A stretch of 64,000 nucleotides of DNA from the human T2T-CHM13v2.0 reference genome, Homo sapiens: assembly GCF_009914755.1 (NCBI RefSeq), contig NC_060938.1; one strand, given 5' to 3'. Positions within the stretch are counted from its first letter, which is position 1, and each line of letters opens with the position of its first letter. Made by a program: the position numbers and the translations under genes. Shown piece by piece: positions 1-14,108 of this stretch. The notes beneath the pieces were generated by a model. It did not search any database. It was not told the DNA's origin and saw only the letters and a list, made by a program, of their open reading frames with translations.

Positions 1-2140
1 CAAAGAAAATAAGAAAATATACTTCACAAGTCCTAGCCTCTGGGAAAAACATTTTGATAACCCTCGTTGTGGGCATATGTTAAATTATACCCTTCCTTAT
101 CTCTGTCTCTGGGTTGTAAGTCAGTCCCAAGTAAAAATAATTTATCCCTGAAATAGATATGTTAATAATTTAAAACAATATTATATTTATGCCAACAGTT
201 CTCAAGACCATTGTGATTCAGTGTACATGGGAATGTAAACCATCCTGGAAAGGATTAAATGTTGAGGTTTTCACATTCCCTCATACCTAGGTGAAACATC
301 TAATCAGTCCATTTAGTCAGGCTCCATATATACCACACAGTCCTGCTTCAAGAAGAAATTTCAAAAAAAAATTATACTAATTTTATCAGAGGAAATGTGT
401 ATTTCCCATGAAGCAAATTTTGAAACCCCTGGACTCATGTTAAAAAACATTTTCAGTACAATCACAGAGACTGAGGGAGAAAATTTGACACCTGCATTTT
501 AATACAGAGTTACTCATAGATAAGAACATTAAGTTGGAAACTTCGTTTATGTCTAGCCTCCCTTTCAGAAAAGGCCAGTGAAAAAATATAACGGACATTA
601 CCATTCCCAGCAGAGGGCAGAGTGATTTAACAACCTTGTGCCAGTGGCCAGGTATAATTGGAAACCCGTGGGGACCTCACCTAGAGATCTGCCCCTGTCA
701 TGCCAGTATCCCTATTGCTCACAGTCACCTTATCCTCTGGGCAGAAAGAGGAGGGAAGCCCCATCTCATATTGACCTCCCTTGGTCTCCTTGAGGTCTGG
801 CACAGTTCCTTTTCCAACACGGTTAGCTGCTGCTTTTTCACTTCTGCTGTCAAAAATAGTTTGGGCTGAGAGTGCACAGGGATTATATGTCCCAGCTTCA
901 TTACATTCAGGTTTTCTACACATGTTCTAATTCTTTAGCTATCCTGGCTCTAACCATTACGAAACCTTGCAGAAGCACTCCTTGCTCTCTGTCTTCCAAG
1001 CTTTTATATTTTTGGCCAGCACTATGGACCTTGCAGAAAGCCCTTGCTAAAGGAACTTTGTGTTTTGGACATGTGGAAGTTGAGCCTTTCTTCCTTCCTT
1101 GCCCTGGGGAAAATTCTTGCAGTTTCATCATTTGAAAATCTCTCTGCAAGTTTCCTCAGGGACCTGAGAAGCCTTCCTTCTCCATCCCTCCCCCTGCCAA
1201 TTTTTCAAATGGATCAGATATAAACTAGCTTGTAATTAGCATCTATCTTCTTGGGAAAATCCATCCCAGAGAATGTACCAGGCCCAGTTCCAGTTCTGCA
1301 CCCTCCTCAGTGCAGGCCAGTGAGCTCTGTTACCTGGCCCCACAGAGTGATTCATCTCCCCATCCTCCCTTGGAGGTTGGAAGGACAGGCTGGGCAAACC
1401 AAACATCTATCTGCCCAGGTTATTTGGAATCCTTACACAGGAGTAAGCTGGTTAATAGCCCCCTTCTCCCCAGTGGGGGATTCCAGGTACTTGGTGTTTC
1501 CTTCTAAGCAGTGATGCTAACAAGTAGACCAGGAAAGACAGTATGGGCTTTAACTATATAATTTATCACTTAATTTTGGCTTGTCCAGAGTTATGGGGAG
1601 AAGTAGGGTCATCGGTTGGACCTACAGAGCATTTGTAAGAATTTAAAAAAGCCTCCCTTTCCACCAGGCTGATGCTGGCCTGATGAGTTCCATGCCCAGT
1701 GCTCAGCCTGGCAAATGGATTTCAGCCCCCACACAACCACTGGCCATGCATCCTTGGCCAAGGCCTCATTTAAGCTGCAAGAATGTAGAGATTCAGTTAA
1801 TTTTGTGTTACATTTTTATAGTAATGACATGATGTAATGTAGTAGTGAGTTTATTTCAAAGGCAAATTCATTTTAATAGTTTTACAAATGACTCTAGTCT
1901 CCTATTTATGGAATCAGTAAGGGTCTCAAGTAATCACCTCAATTTTTCAATTGTACTTCATTGAATTTTATGAAGGGAATATATGCTTTTGTATATTCAC
2001 AGTTTTGGGATTCATCAAGGTCTTAGAACATATCTTTGCACATAACAGAGTTCTATGGTATTTTCAAAGCATTTGAATGACCCTATATTCCTTTTCTTTA
2101 TTGTAAGGCTACTCTATATAATGTAAGATTGGGTCTGTTT

Positions 2141-2455
2141 TATTTTTTCTTTTTCATTTTTCTTTAGACGAAGTCTTGCTCTGTCACCTAGCCTGGAGTG
2201 CAATGGCATGATTACGGCCCACTGCCCCCTCAACCTTCCAGGAATGCTTGAGCAGTCCTCCCACCTCAGCCTCCCAAGTAGTTGGGACTACAGGTATGTA
2301 CTACTATGCCTGGCTAATTTTTTTACTTTTATTTTTGAACAAACGGGGCCTTCCTATGTTGCCAGGGCTGGTCTCGAACTCCTGGGCTCGAGCAATCCTC
2401 TTGCTTTGACCTCCCAAAGTGCTGGGATTGCAGGTATGAGCCACCACACCCAGCC
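2141..2455 (-). mobile_element. Alu SINE, old (AluJ-like)
   Basis: Reverse-strand Alu body from a T-rich tail to ...GAGCCACCACACCCAGCC; 15-bp TSD AGATTGGGTCT(G/A)TTT at 2126-2140 and 2456-2470. Confidence 0.95.
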
Positions 2456-2803
2456 AGATTGGGTCTATTTTAATATTATTTTACTTAAAACATTACATAT
2501 CTTCTTTTTTCACATTCAAAACATCTAAAGAGACCTAATTTATACATATATGAGGTTAAACCAGTAGGGGTAGCAAATTTCTGCTTTGTTTTCTATAAAA
2601 CCATGAAAATTAAATGTGCTGTTGTTAATCATTAATATAATGGGCATATTTATAATAAAAAGGTATGTATTTTATACAAATATGCAAACTAACAGGCTGT
2701 ATCTTACATCAGACAATTGTATAATGAGGATAATAAATCGTAGGGTATTAAAATACATGACTTCTGAATATTTTTGGGTAAATTTCCAAAATACATTGTC
2801 TAT

Positions 2804-3750
2804 TGTCTGGACTCAGAATATAATACCCCAAAGCATGGCATCTTGGTATACTAAGTATTTTGAACTGAAGGAGATTGGAAGAGCCTCAGAAGCAGAGACT
2901 CTGACCTTCTCTTGCCCTCTTGTCTCCTGCCCTTTTTATTCCTCCGAAGTGAGGCACGGGAACCCGAATTCCTCTTTTCCAAGGTGTGTTATAGACACTA
3001 GAACTTCTGTTCTCCAAAGCAAGCCATAAAACCTAAAATGGTCACTCTCTGACCTTCTCCCTTCTCCCTTGAAGACCTTCATTCCAGAGGGGTCCCACCC
3101 CATAATCTAGGGGGAGTAATGTTACACAAAGAGGCCAAGAAGAATCTGAATAAATGCGCCTTGCTAAGTTCCCCTAGTTTATTACTGTTAGATCATAGTG
3201 TTTTTTTGTCCAGTAACATTTCTACATGGCTGTCCATTCTTCATTGAATACAAGCACAAAAATACAGTTTTCCCTGGGTCTTTGGGTCTTCATTTCTGAA
3301 GGTTCCTGTGTCAAGTAAAACTTTGATTAGATAAATTTATGATTTTCTCTTTAAAAAATTTTATTATTATTATTATTATTTTTGAGACAAGATCTTGCTC
3401 TGTCACCCAGACTGGAGTGCAATGGCACAGTCACAGCTCACGGCAGCCTTAGCCTCCCAGGTTCAAGCAATTTTCCTGCCTGAGCCCCCTGAGTAGCTGG
3501 GATTATAGGCATACACTGTGCCTGGCTAATTTTTAAAAATTTTTGTAGAGAGAGGGTCTCACTATGTTGCCCAAGTTGGTGTTGAACTCCTGAGCTTAAG
3601 CAATCCTCGATTTCCCAAAGCTCTGGGATTACAGGGATGAGCCACGACACCAAGCCCTCTTCTCTTGTTAATGTGTCTTTTGTTATAAGGGTGTCAGCCT
3701 TGGACCCTGATATGAGTGAGGAAAAGATATTACACCTTTTTACCCCTATA
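2804..3750 (+). mobile_element. ERV1-class solo LTR (MER31/MER67-type), split by an Alu
   Basis: Starts TGTCTGGACTCAGAATATAATACCCCAAAG and ends ...TTTTACCCCTATA; perfect 4-bp TSD CTAT at 2800-2803 and 3751-3754; subfamily from memory. Confidence 0.8.
3352..3656 (-). mobile_element. Alu SINE (AluJ-like) with (TTA)n tail, nested in the LTR
   Basis: Reverse Alu; LTR sequence resumes at TCTCTTGTTAATG after the Alu. Confidence 0.93.
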
Positions 3751-4805
3751 CTATCTAACATAAAGCTTAGCTCTTTATTGAAGAAATCTGTTGATGTACA
3801 TGATCTACAATTCCAAGGAATTGAATGTGTATTAAAAACAAATAAGGAAGCAATTATCCTGGAGTAATTTGGCCTCTTTAAACAGTATACATGGTAATAA
3901 TTGAGTAATTAAGGAATTTAATGCAGGTGAGTTGTAAACTAATTTAGCTATGAGCATCAACATCTTAAACCACAACTGCAGGAAATGCTTTATAAATTAA
4001 GCACCTTTTGATAACTTGAACTGTCTTTGTAATTCATTATTCTTCACTCCCCATTTTTAAAAAAATCTTTAAAAGCAGATGACATGCTGGGATGCCATAA
4101 CATTTCCCTTGTAATCAATCTATAATGGTAAGGGTCACATTTCAATACCCGCAGTATAAAAGCAGTGCACTCAAGAGCTTGAGTTTAATGTTTTACCAGC
4201 ATAGCATGGGGTAACAGTTAATGTTTTTATTTTAAATAAAAGATTGGAATTAACTTTTTAAAAAAATGCTGGACTCCTGGCTATGAATATATACTAACTG
4301 ATGAGGTGAAAAAGAATGTTTTATTGTGATTAAGAGCTAGAGATGAAGGCAGTTTAAATTAGTTTTTAGAGCAGTTTAAATACATGCATAGCAGTGATCA
4401 ATAATGAGCAATGATGTAGTGGCAGGCCACTATGTTCCAGATGCCACTGTATTCTCAACAATGGGAACATATTATTACCAGCAGGGCATATGACATGGGC
4501 AAGTGGGGGCAAAGGCAGTGACGTAACAACTTCACTCTAGGTATTGAAAGAGGATGTGAGAAGCATCCGGGGGCAATAGTACAAAAGGGCGAAGCAACAG
4601 AAGAGAAATAATCTGGGAAGCACAGCAGCCTTGGGCATGCAACAGTGTTTTCCATTTTATTATTTATTATCCTGGAGTTATGCAGGATTTCTATTTGCTA
4701 GGAGAGGTATTAGTAATAGGAATTTCTTTGAGTGATTTGGAGGTGAACAAATCTTTTCTTTTCTGTGAGCTACAGTGGTTACTGCTCTGAATTTTGAGTG
4801 ACTGA

Positions 4806-5260
<455 letters not shown>

Positions 5261-5344
5261 TAAAGCCCTAAAAAGTAAATATTTACAACCAGAAATCTTT
5301 CTGACAAAGAAACAAGATTACTCAAAGTAAGTAGTAGTTTGGGC

Positions 5345-5485
5345 TCCCTGGAAAGAACCCAGAACTTAAGTGTCAGGAAATGTGGATAGTTCTGAATGTG
5401 CCCCTGGCTGGTTGATGACTCTGGGCAACTTATGCAGTACCTCTAACTCATGGTTTATTTACCTGAAAAATAAGTGGGTTGGCTA
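5345..5485 (+). mobile_element. MIR SINE remnant
   Basis: Degenerate MIR core (GATGACTCTGGGCAACTTATGC...TTTATTTACCTGAAAAATAAG). Confidence 0.55.
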
Positions 5486-5744
5486 TGTCTGTGGTTTGAA
5501 AGGTGCTCTATGATGTCCCAGATGTCTTAGCAGTGTATCATTGGCTGTTTTGGAGGCTGTCAGGGGTCCAGATGGCTGCTCCCACTGAGCCTGCTTTTAA
5601 CAGAGCTTTTCAGTTTGTATTTCTTGTATACACAAAGTAATATTAAATAAAAAAAATATAATCCAGCTAAGAAAGTTTGAGAATACTGGCTTGAGATTCA
5701 AAATAAAATAAACCAAAAATTTTAGAAATTATATTAGTCTAGAA

Positions 5745-5825
5745 AGATAGTATTGTGTCTCTTTGTCTTTTTAGTACCTAGCACATATCAGGTACTTGAT
5801 ACATATTTATCATATGAATGCAATG
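5745..5825 (+). mobile_element. L2 LINE 3' end remnant
   Basis: AGTACCTAGCACATATCAGGTACTTGATACATATTT...GAATG resembles the L2 terminus. Confidence 0.55.
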
Positions 5826-8211
5826 GTTGTAATGAACAACTGGGAAGGAAATGCAAAAGCAGAAGGCACCATATTTGTGTTGCTATTCCTGGGTGTCATT
5901 TCTATGTAACTTGTGATAACCAGTAGTAAAGAACAACATGGACTATGTTTAATAGACAACAACTAATTTTATTGGATTTGTGTACATAATCTGAAATTTA
6001 GTCTAAGGACAAGCCATATTACTATAAATTCCAGGAAATCTAGAGAGAAAAAATGGGCAATTTAGAACAGACTAGAAGAGTAACTCTTTCAGTTTGTCTG
6101 GAAAACCGAATCTAAGGAATAAGGTCAGTTTGCAGTTTCTTTCAAGTAGAATTGGTGACTCTTGGATGCAGTTTATAAACACGTAACACATTTTCCTTGC
6201 ATGGAAATATATCTATTCTATGACCTCTTCTACATGAAGAAAAGATTTGAAATTTTCTTCTCCATTAAATAATGTTTTGTGTGCATGTTGCAAAAATAAG
6301 AGAGAAGCAAGAATAACTCTAGCAGATGCTTAAAGGTTTAAGATTAAAGACACATGTAAATGTGATTCATAGTGGGTGTTCTGTGCACTTGAGTGAATAT
6401 TCCCAAATCACAGCTAGAAAAATTTAGGAGTAAATTGACTTAACTTATGGTAAATCAATAGGGGTCCCTGAATTGGAGGGAAACAGATGAGCAAGAAAAA
6501 AATTATTTGACAGGACTCCACTAAGGAAAACAACATTCAAGTAACAGATGAGGTATTCTACTGCCCAGAGGAATTACCCAGCCTTTAGCAAGGCGAAGTC
6601 AGCCTCAACTGGCAGGAGGTTTGTTTTAAAACTGAAATGAGAAAAAGGATCTGGGCTTACAAATGATGGGAAGATATATTATCAACAGGGAAAAAAACCC
6701 CCAGAAAATAGCAACTAACTTGTTTCCCCAGCACAACTGAAAGGATGAAGAAGGAAAACAATTTAATGTACCCTGGTCATGCAGTTACTTTCCTTTATCC
6801 TTACTAACAGTGCTTGTCAAGATGGTTCTGGAAACTGAATAAATGTAAGTAATGAATCATGATAGACATTGGTGAAATGCTTTATTTCTATTTCTCTGGG
6901 TTCATTGTTTCTTGTTTGACTTTCATGGGAAGTTTACAGTCGTTTTCGTTCTTCCAAAGTCAGTTCCTGACTTCTCTGGTCAAGGGGTTGAAGAAACAAC
7001 TAGGAAAAAGGAGATACAGTCTCTGTTCTCTCTCTTTCTTATTTTCCCTCTCCCCCAGCCTCTCTCTCCAATATATCAACATATCAATAGCACTGAATCA
7101 TGCATGGACTCTCAGGTTTTAAGCTTGACTGTCAAATTACCACCCTGACTGTTTAATATGATGATGGCTACTGCTGTATTTGAAACAGCCACCACATTCT
7201 CCAATTTTAATGAACTTTCCTCTGAGCAGATGGTCTTATATAATATGCACAGGGTAAAAAATAATAATTTTAGCGTTTCTACTTATAATCCCAATGTCCA
7301 CGATTCTTTATTTTCATTGCCTTTACTTTAATGGTTATTAGAAGTGAAGGATTGTTTTTCTGACTTAATTGGTCTACTTAACTTGATTCTTATAAATAAT
7401 AATATATTACCATGCACTGTTATTATTCTTTCTTGTCCTATATCAAGGTATAGGTAGATCTGCTTAATATCTAGTATTTCCAAAACAAAAGAGAATTAAT
7501 TACCCTTAATAACCAAATCATTTAATCTAGATATGTTACTTTTGCTTTAGTTCTTGTTCTTACAGACTCAGAAGATGAGTTGGAGTTGGCTTTAGCACCA
7601 TGACCAAGTTCACTTGGAAGTGATTAAGACAGCACATGGTCAAGTTAGCTGTTGAAGGCAAAATGCCCAGGGTTGAGAGTACCAATAATTATGAGCAAAT
7701 CCTTTTTAAGTTTTAGCACTTTTCTCTGCCAGTACATTGATCTGTCATAGAAAATGTCACGATTGTAATTCCAGGGATCATCTTATCAAGTTTTATTTCA
7801 ATCATAAAGGACTGAAGTTTTAATATCATCAGTGTTATTCAGGGCCTTTAAAGCTTTTATCATTTGTGAACATCCTAGATTGCTATGGATGTTTGGGGGC
7901 CTGGGTATAATTGTTAGGGACAGAGAGAAGCAACAGACTAGTATTTGCTGTGGAGGAAAAGAGAGCCGGCTGAGAAGCTACTACTTATTGACTAGTGTTG
8001 TCTTCCACAGCAATGTCATGGGAGTGATTTGGTGGGAGCGCGTAAGACAGAGTCATGGCACTTATTCATATCATGGATTTCTAGGGACATTGTTATAGAA
8101 TTAAATAGTTTTGGAGGTAGAAAATTACTTCTTGATGTGCTACATATAAATCAAGGCATAGGAACTGTCTTCATTTATGCCTGCTGTCCTGGCATAATTA
8201 TTAATAACACC

Positions 8212-8732
8212 TGTGGGTAGCCAGCCTGCAAGACGGTGCCTCATGATCCCACCTTCCGGCATTCACACTATATGTAATCCCTTACCACATTGTATCACAG
8301 TTGGTCTATTTAACCATAGAATAAGGCAAAAGTGAGAGTACATCACTTCCGAGATTTGGTGATAAAAACACTGGTTCCATCTTGCTCTTGCACTCTCTTT
8401 CTCTTTCCTCTCTCTCTTTCTTTCATCATTCACTCTAGGGGAAGCCTGATGCCTTATCAGGAGCAGCCTTATGGTAAGGAACTGACGCCTTCTACTAGCA
8501 GACATTTGAGCGAGCTTGGAAGCATATCCTCCAGCCCAGTTAAGCCTTCAGATGGCTAGGGTATGGGCCTGTATCTTGACTGCAGGTTCATGAGAGACCC
8601 TGAAACAGAACCAGGAGCTAAGCCCTCCCAAGTTCATGTCTCTGAGAAAGCATGTGAGATGATGTGTGTGTGTTGTTTTAAGCTGCTAAATTTGGGAGTA
8701 ATTTGTTATAAAGCAATATATATAAAAATATA
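8212..8732 (+). mobile_element. ERVL-MaLR solo LTR (MLT1F-like)
   Basis: TGTGGGTAGCCAGCCTGCAAGACGG start; MaLR end GTTTTAAGCTGCTAAATTTGGGAGTAATTTGTTATAAAGCAATA; 5-bp TSD ACACC/GCACC. Confidence 0.85.
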
Positions 8733-9034
8733 GCACCCCATTTACTCCTAAAAGTGTCTTGATTTGGATGAAAAACTATAAAGTCATCCTATGTTAACAG
8801 AAGTCTAAATCATGAATGTATTAGGAGTTTTTCTTTTCTATTGACAGAGCTTTCACCATGACATTAGTATGGAGACACTTATGGGGAAAGTTGTCAGGAG
8901 AGAGGCATTTGATAGTGTCAGAAGTCTAAATCTCTAGACTTAGAATCATGAAAAACACTATGACAAAGTAGATAAGAATGGTTGATTTTTAAATAAAATT
9001 TTCCTGTATCTGACACCACCATTCACTGGCCTTC

Positions 9035-9180
9035 AAGAGGCATTTAACTTCTCTCTGCCTCAATTTTATCATGTAAAAAATGGGGATAATAATAGTACCT
9101 TCTTCATAGAATTTTTTTGGGATTAAATATGTGTAAAGCACTTGCAACGATGCAGGTGTTCAATAGGAGTTATTATTATT
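9035..9180 (+). mobile_element. MIR SINE
   Basis: TTAACTTCTCTCTGCCTCAATTTT...AAAATGGGGATAATAATAGTACCT core and TATTATTATT tail. Confidence 0.8.
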
Positions 9181-9259
9181 GCAATGAGGAATTAAGATGA
9201 TCTCTTTCTTTTGTTCCATTTATGTACAAATAGATAGTCCCCGTCCAGTGATATTCTCA

Positions 9260-9355
9260 TTGATTTATGCCTTAAATATTTGTATGTTCCTACTGTGTGC
9301 TAGGGACATAAGATAGAAATATGTCACCCCTTAAGGAAATTACAAAGTAGTTGGG
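9260..9355 (-). mobile_element. L2 LINE remnant
   Basis: AAATATTTGTATGTTCCTACTGTGTGCTAGGG resembles a reverse L2 3' end. Confidence 0.5.
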
Positions 9356-9639
9356 AAAATTCCCATATGAGTTTATATATATTATTTATATTATATGATA
9401 TATAAATTAAATATTTATACATATGTATGAATGGATTATATATGTGTGCATTAACTATAAAAATTATTAAAGTTAAGGACTAGACGATAGATAAGGTGTG
9501 GGTTGGATACAAGGGAAAATGGGAGCAAGTTAGAAAAAAATATGAGGTTTTAGAATTAGAATGGAATGGGTTTCTGGGCATGGCAAGACACTTCGAAAGA
9601 AATGAAATGTAGGAACTGGAAAGCCTGCATAATGTGTCT

Positions 9640-9713
9640 AGTTGATTACCGTATCTCTAGTTTCTTGAGCAGTGCCTGGCACATAGCATTCGGCAAATAC
9701 TTGTGAAATAAAT
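9640..9713 (+). mobile_element. L2 LINE 3' end
   Basis: CAGTGCCTGGCACATAGCATTCGGCAAATACTTGTGAAATAAAT. Confidence 0.7.
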
Positions 9714-9762
9714 ACGTACATCTACTATGTTTTCATAAAAATTAAAATAAAAAATTGAAAAA

Positions 9763-10318
9763 AAGATCATGTCATTTGTAAGCAAGGCTAATTTGACTTC
9801 TTTCTTTCCTATTTGGATGCCCTTTCTTTCTCTCACCTAATTGCTCTGGCCAGGACTTCCAGTGTTGTGTCGAATAAAAGTGGTAAAATTGAGCCCCAGA
9901 GCAGGTTGCATTTCCGCAGTGGCTCCTTTCTCAAAATGGCCCTGTGCTACAGAAGTTTGAGTCCATGCAGCTGCATGGATTCTAGGCAGCTCCCTAAACC
10001 GGACATAGGGCCTTTTGTAGCCAGGATTGCAGGTATTCATGGTAGTTATAGGTATTGCTGGGGATCTCCCACTTAGCTTTTCCCCATAATGAGAAGTTCC
10101 CCTTTGTCTCTGTGACAATCCCAGCTGGGTGCTTTGCTTCCCTTTCTATGCTGCTATCCTGAGTTTCCTTGTCTCAGAGCATATTGGTCATTTCCTTGCT
10201 GAATTGCAGTGTTCTCCCTTAGACACTCTACCCAAAGTGCAGTTATCTAAGTTTGTTGTTTTAGTCCTTCTTTGTGGAGATGAATGTTGGGCACCTCAGA
10301 TCAGCCATCTTGATGCTG
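9763..10318 (-). mobile_element. Old L1 (L1M) fragments: RT-region piece (9763-9892) joined to a 5' UTR piece (9893-10318)
   Basis: Reverse strand gives a decayed FADDM-region sequence; the distal end reads CAAGATGGCTGATCTGAGG..., an L1M-type 5' start. Confidence 0.7.
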
Positions 10319-11602
10319 TTTGTCCCTTGTATCTTGTATTTTATGGGAATTATATTTTTGTATTAACATAAACTATTGCGTTATACAGCTTTTTGCACAA
10401 AGAGAGTGATAAATTTATTTATCATGGGTTTTCACTTTTTTTTTTCAAAATTATACTTCTTTAAGAGTGAGATAATCCAATAAATAAACATCTTAAGGTC
10501 ATCTTCTCCCAGCTCTGCCTCTGTACACTTTCCTTTTATGTACAGTATAGAAATTCAGTCACTAGAGATTTAGCTATAAAACTTTTCGGAGGTATAAGTT
10601 GTGCATTTTATTAACAAGAAAAGAAATAGGATGGATTTTTTTATCTGTCACAGATCTTATACTAGAGAAAATGTTGCAGAGTTTTACTGGGGGCTGTACT
10701 GTTTTAACCTTAGAGTGATTAATGACACCTATCAATACCCTAAAAATCATGTGTCTATGTATTCATTTCTTTCCCCTATAAATCAATTTGTCATTTAAAA
10801 ATTAACATTAAAGAAGTTTTATGTTACTAAGAGATAGTGAGCTACATCAAATAAGCTTAATATAGAAACAATGTAGAAAAAAATTTAATAGCCATCCAGT
10901 GTATTCTCTGAAACAATTTTATTTTCCATGATAAAGGCCTCCTGTGGTATTCTTTTTAAAGCTATCATAAACACATACCAACCATGTAAAATTGAACTCA
11001 TTATTTCCCTCTGGAAGAAGAAAAAATAACTCAAATGATGAATTCTACATCTAAAATGAAATATACAAACTTTAGAGAAGAGGTAATTTCTATTTAAATT
11101 GTTTGATTCATAAGAATTATATTATAATTTATTATTGTTTCACTAGCTAGAGTTATACAAGTTTGAGAAAGGAAGGAGGTTGGTGGGATGAGGGTCTTAT
11201 TTCCTTGTAAAATTTCCCTGTCTTTGTTTTTCAGTGTTATTAACTAAATTCTAAAAGCTTCATATAATCATCTGATACATACATCACATCAATTTCAGCC
11301 TAGGTGAGCTATGCCCCTTTCTCTTTAAAGTTGGTGTATGCTTTTGGTACAAATCCTTTAAGGCAGTAGTGTCAATTGGGTGATATTTGGGAATCTGACT
11401 ATTTCTGATTGCTTTTCAGGATGTTATGACTTTATCCTAAAGCCTGGGAGAAATAAGGAAGTCCTAGAGTTTGAGTAGTGTATTTGCTGACACACCTAAG
11501 GAGAACCTGGAAGCATGAGATATATCTGCTTTTCTGAGTGCCTGTGGACTTAAAATAAATTGGCTTCTAGGGTAAACAAGACTAATGTGGAAGCCCAAGT
11601 AG

Positions 11603-12067
<465 letters not shown>

Positions 12068-13963
12068 TAACTTTTGTGCCAGTTTCACAATTTTTGTGGC
12101 CAAAGCTTGTAATTGATCCTACTTTTTACTGAAGATGGAAACCTTTGTCCTGTTCACTTTAGATAATAGCAGTCCACTGAATTTTATATAATTTGCATTG
12201 GATGTTGGAACTTGAACTTTATTATCTTTAAGCATACGCAGAGCTTTGATATTCTATATGCATTCACATTTGTCTTTTCTATTTAATATTTTCTATTCAC
12301 TAGCTATTAAAAAGCAAAGTAATTTTTAAATACTATGGCTGAAATCTTCATTTGACAAAAATGAAAAATTAGTGGGTTTTCTAAGTGACATAATCACTTA
12401 TGGAAACAGGAAGAATGGAGTGTCATGTGTTGATGAAGGATAAATTGCCTGTGTGAAGAGATATGTATTTTTGGGTGAGAAATTGATATCTCTATTTAAA
12501 TGAAAGGAGGGCCTTACCTGGAAATGTCTTTCATACTGACTGAGTGGCATAATGCATAATTATCTGTTACAGTTGTTGTTGTGGTTTGTGTGTAGGTTAT
12601 GATGTTCATTTGAAGAACATCCCACTTATAAGGTTCATATAATACAAGATATAAAGAAGCTTGATGCCCCAGAGTTTTAAAAGCCATTAATCATAGTGAA
12701 TTAAGACAGTTAATCAAGCCTAAGACACTGATAAAAGATTGTCCCTGAGGATTTTTACCTTGAAAACATTTAGAAAATGATAGTTTCTTCTTTCTACTTG
12801 ACTGCTTTAGTAAGCCAATTCATTTTCTTCAGAAGCTCAAGGTCAGTGATATGACCCTGTCATCTTTAAGAGATGTTTTCCCTCACTCATGTTAGCCAAC
12901 TTCAATAGTTATGACTGATGGTGAGAGTGGTACTATCAAGAAATCATCACATTGCCTGGCAAGAAGTTAGATAAAGAGAAAAACCAATAATATTGCAGAT
13001 TTCAATTTCACTTAAAATAAATATATTTTATTGAATATTTGTACCTTAAGATGCAATTAACTTTTTTTTTTTTTTAACAAAAAATCGTCAGTATTTCTCT
13101 ATTATGAGAATATGCAGAAGAACTGAGCTAGGCCATGGTATATTGCCCTGAGAAAAAAATCAAATAAAATGTTTAACTGGGTTAATTTTTTTACAAATTA
13201 TATAATTTCTGTAATTAATTTTAAATAGAATTTCTTAATCAGTCTTTCCCCTTTGATTCCCCAGGCTCTCTATGGTGGCAAATTATTTCAGCACTAAATC
13301 ATGAAGGCTGGATTCTTGAAGCCTGGCAGAGGCAAATGTCTCATTAATGCTGATCTGAGAGACATCTGTGATGAGCCTGAACATCAGGCCAATCTGCAGA
13401 GCTGATCAGGGGCTGCTGAGTGGTTCTGAAGTGAGTCAGGCTGTGAATGAAGACTCCACCAGAATGAGGTGATTACATCTCTGTTTTCAGAAAATGACCT
13501 CATAACCCCCAGACTGACATGTTGAATTTCTCAAGGCTTAAGTGTACATACTTCCAATATATCGCCCCCCTACAATTTGAACGTAATTAAAGAATTGAGT
13601 CAACTTTCAGGATAATTCAAGCTCCTTAAATCCACTTTGCCTTGCATATACTGGAATTTAGATAACCTTGAAATTTGTTTAAATCCTTTATTTACTTTTA
13701 TAGAGACTTTCTGGCCTCAGATGTAATAGTGGCAAATTCTTCTTTCCTAAATTGTGCTTTTTTCTTTTAAAAAGAAGAAAGAATGCCTAGGATTTGTGGT
13801 AACAAATCATATTGAAAGAGGAATTTAAGCAAATAACCATCTTTCTCTAGCAATATATGTCTGGCCTAGAGCATATTACTGGAATACACTTCATAGTGAA
13901 TGGCAAAGTAATAAAAGAAAAAAAGCTATTGGAAGTAGGTGACGTTGTAAATAGTAATATTTT

Positions 13964-14108
13964 CTGTAGTCCCAGCTACTCAGGAGGCTGGAGAATTGCT
14001 TGAGGCCAGGTGATCGAGGCTGCAGTGAGATATGACTGCATCTGTGAATAGTTGCTGCACTCCAGCCAGGGCAACAAAGTGAGACTCCCATCTCAAAAAA
14101 AAAAAAAA
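13964..14108 (+). mobile_element. 5'-truncated FAM (fossil Alu monomer, 7SL-derived)
   Basis: Retains the 7SL/FAM segment CTGTGAATAG absent from dimeric Alus; poly(A); TSD AGTAATATTTT at 13953-13963 and 14109-14119. Confidence 0.8.

Noticed and set aside
916-1149. ORF containing CPKHKVPLARAFCKVH, reminiscent of a TRIM B-box
   Set aside because: The remaining Cys/His ligands are absent, there is no RING or coiled-coil context, and the start is non-ATG; probably chance, and the GC-richer 0.6-1.8 kb region remains unidentified
7530-7700. Isolated acceptor-like tract TTGTTCTTACAG (similar ones at about 11420 and 63438)
   Set aside because: No paired donor, and the 7565 site is followed by stops in all frames; such tracts are frequent in AT-rich DNA
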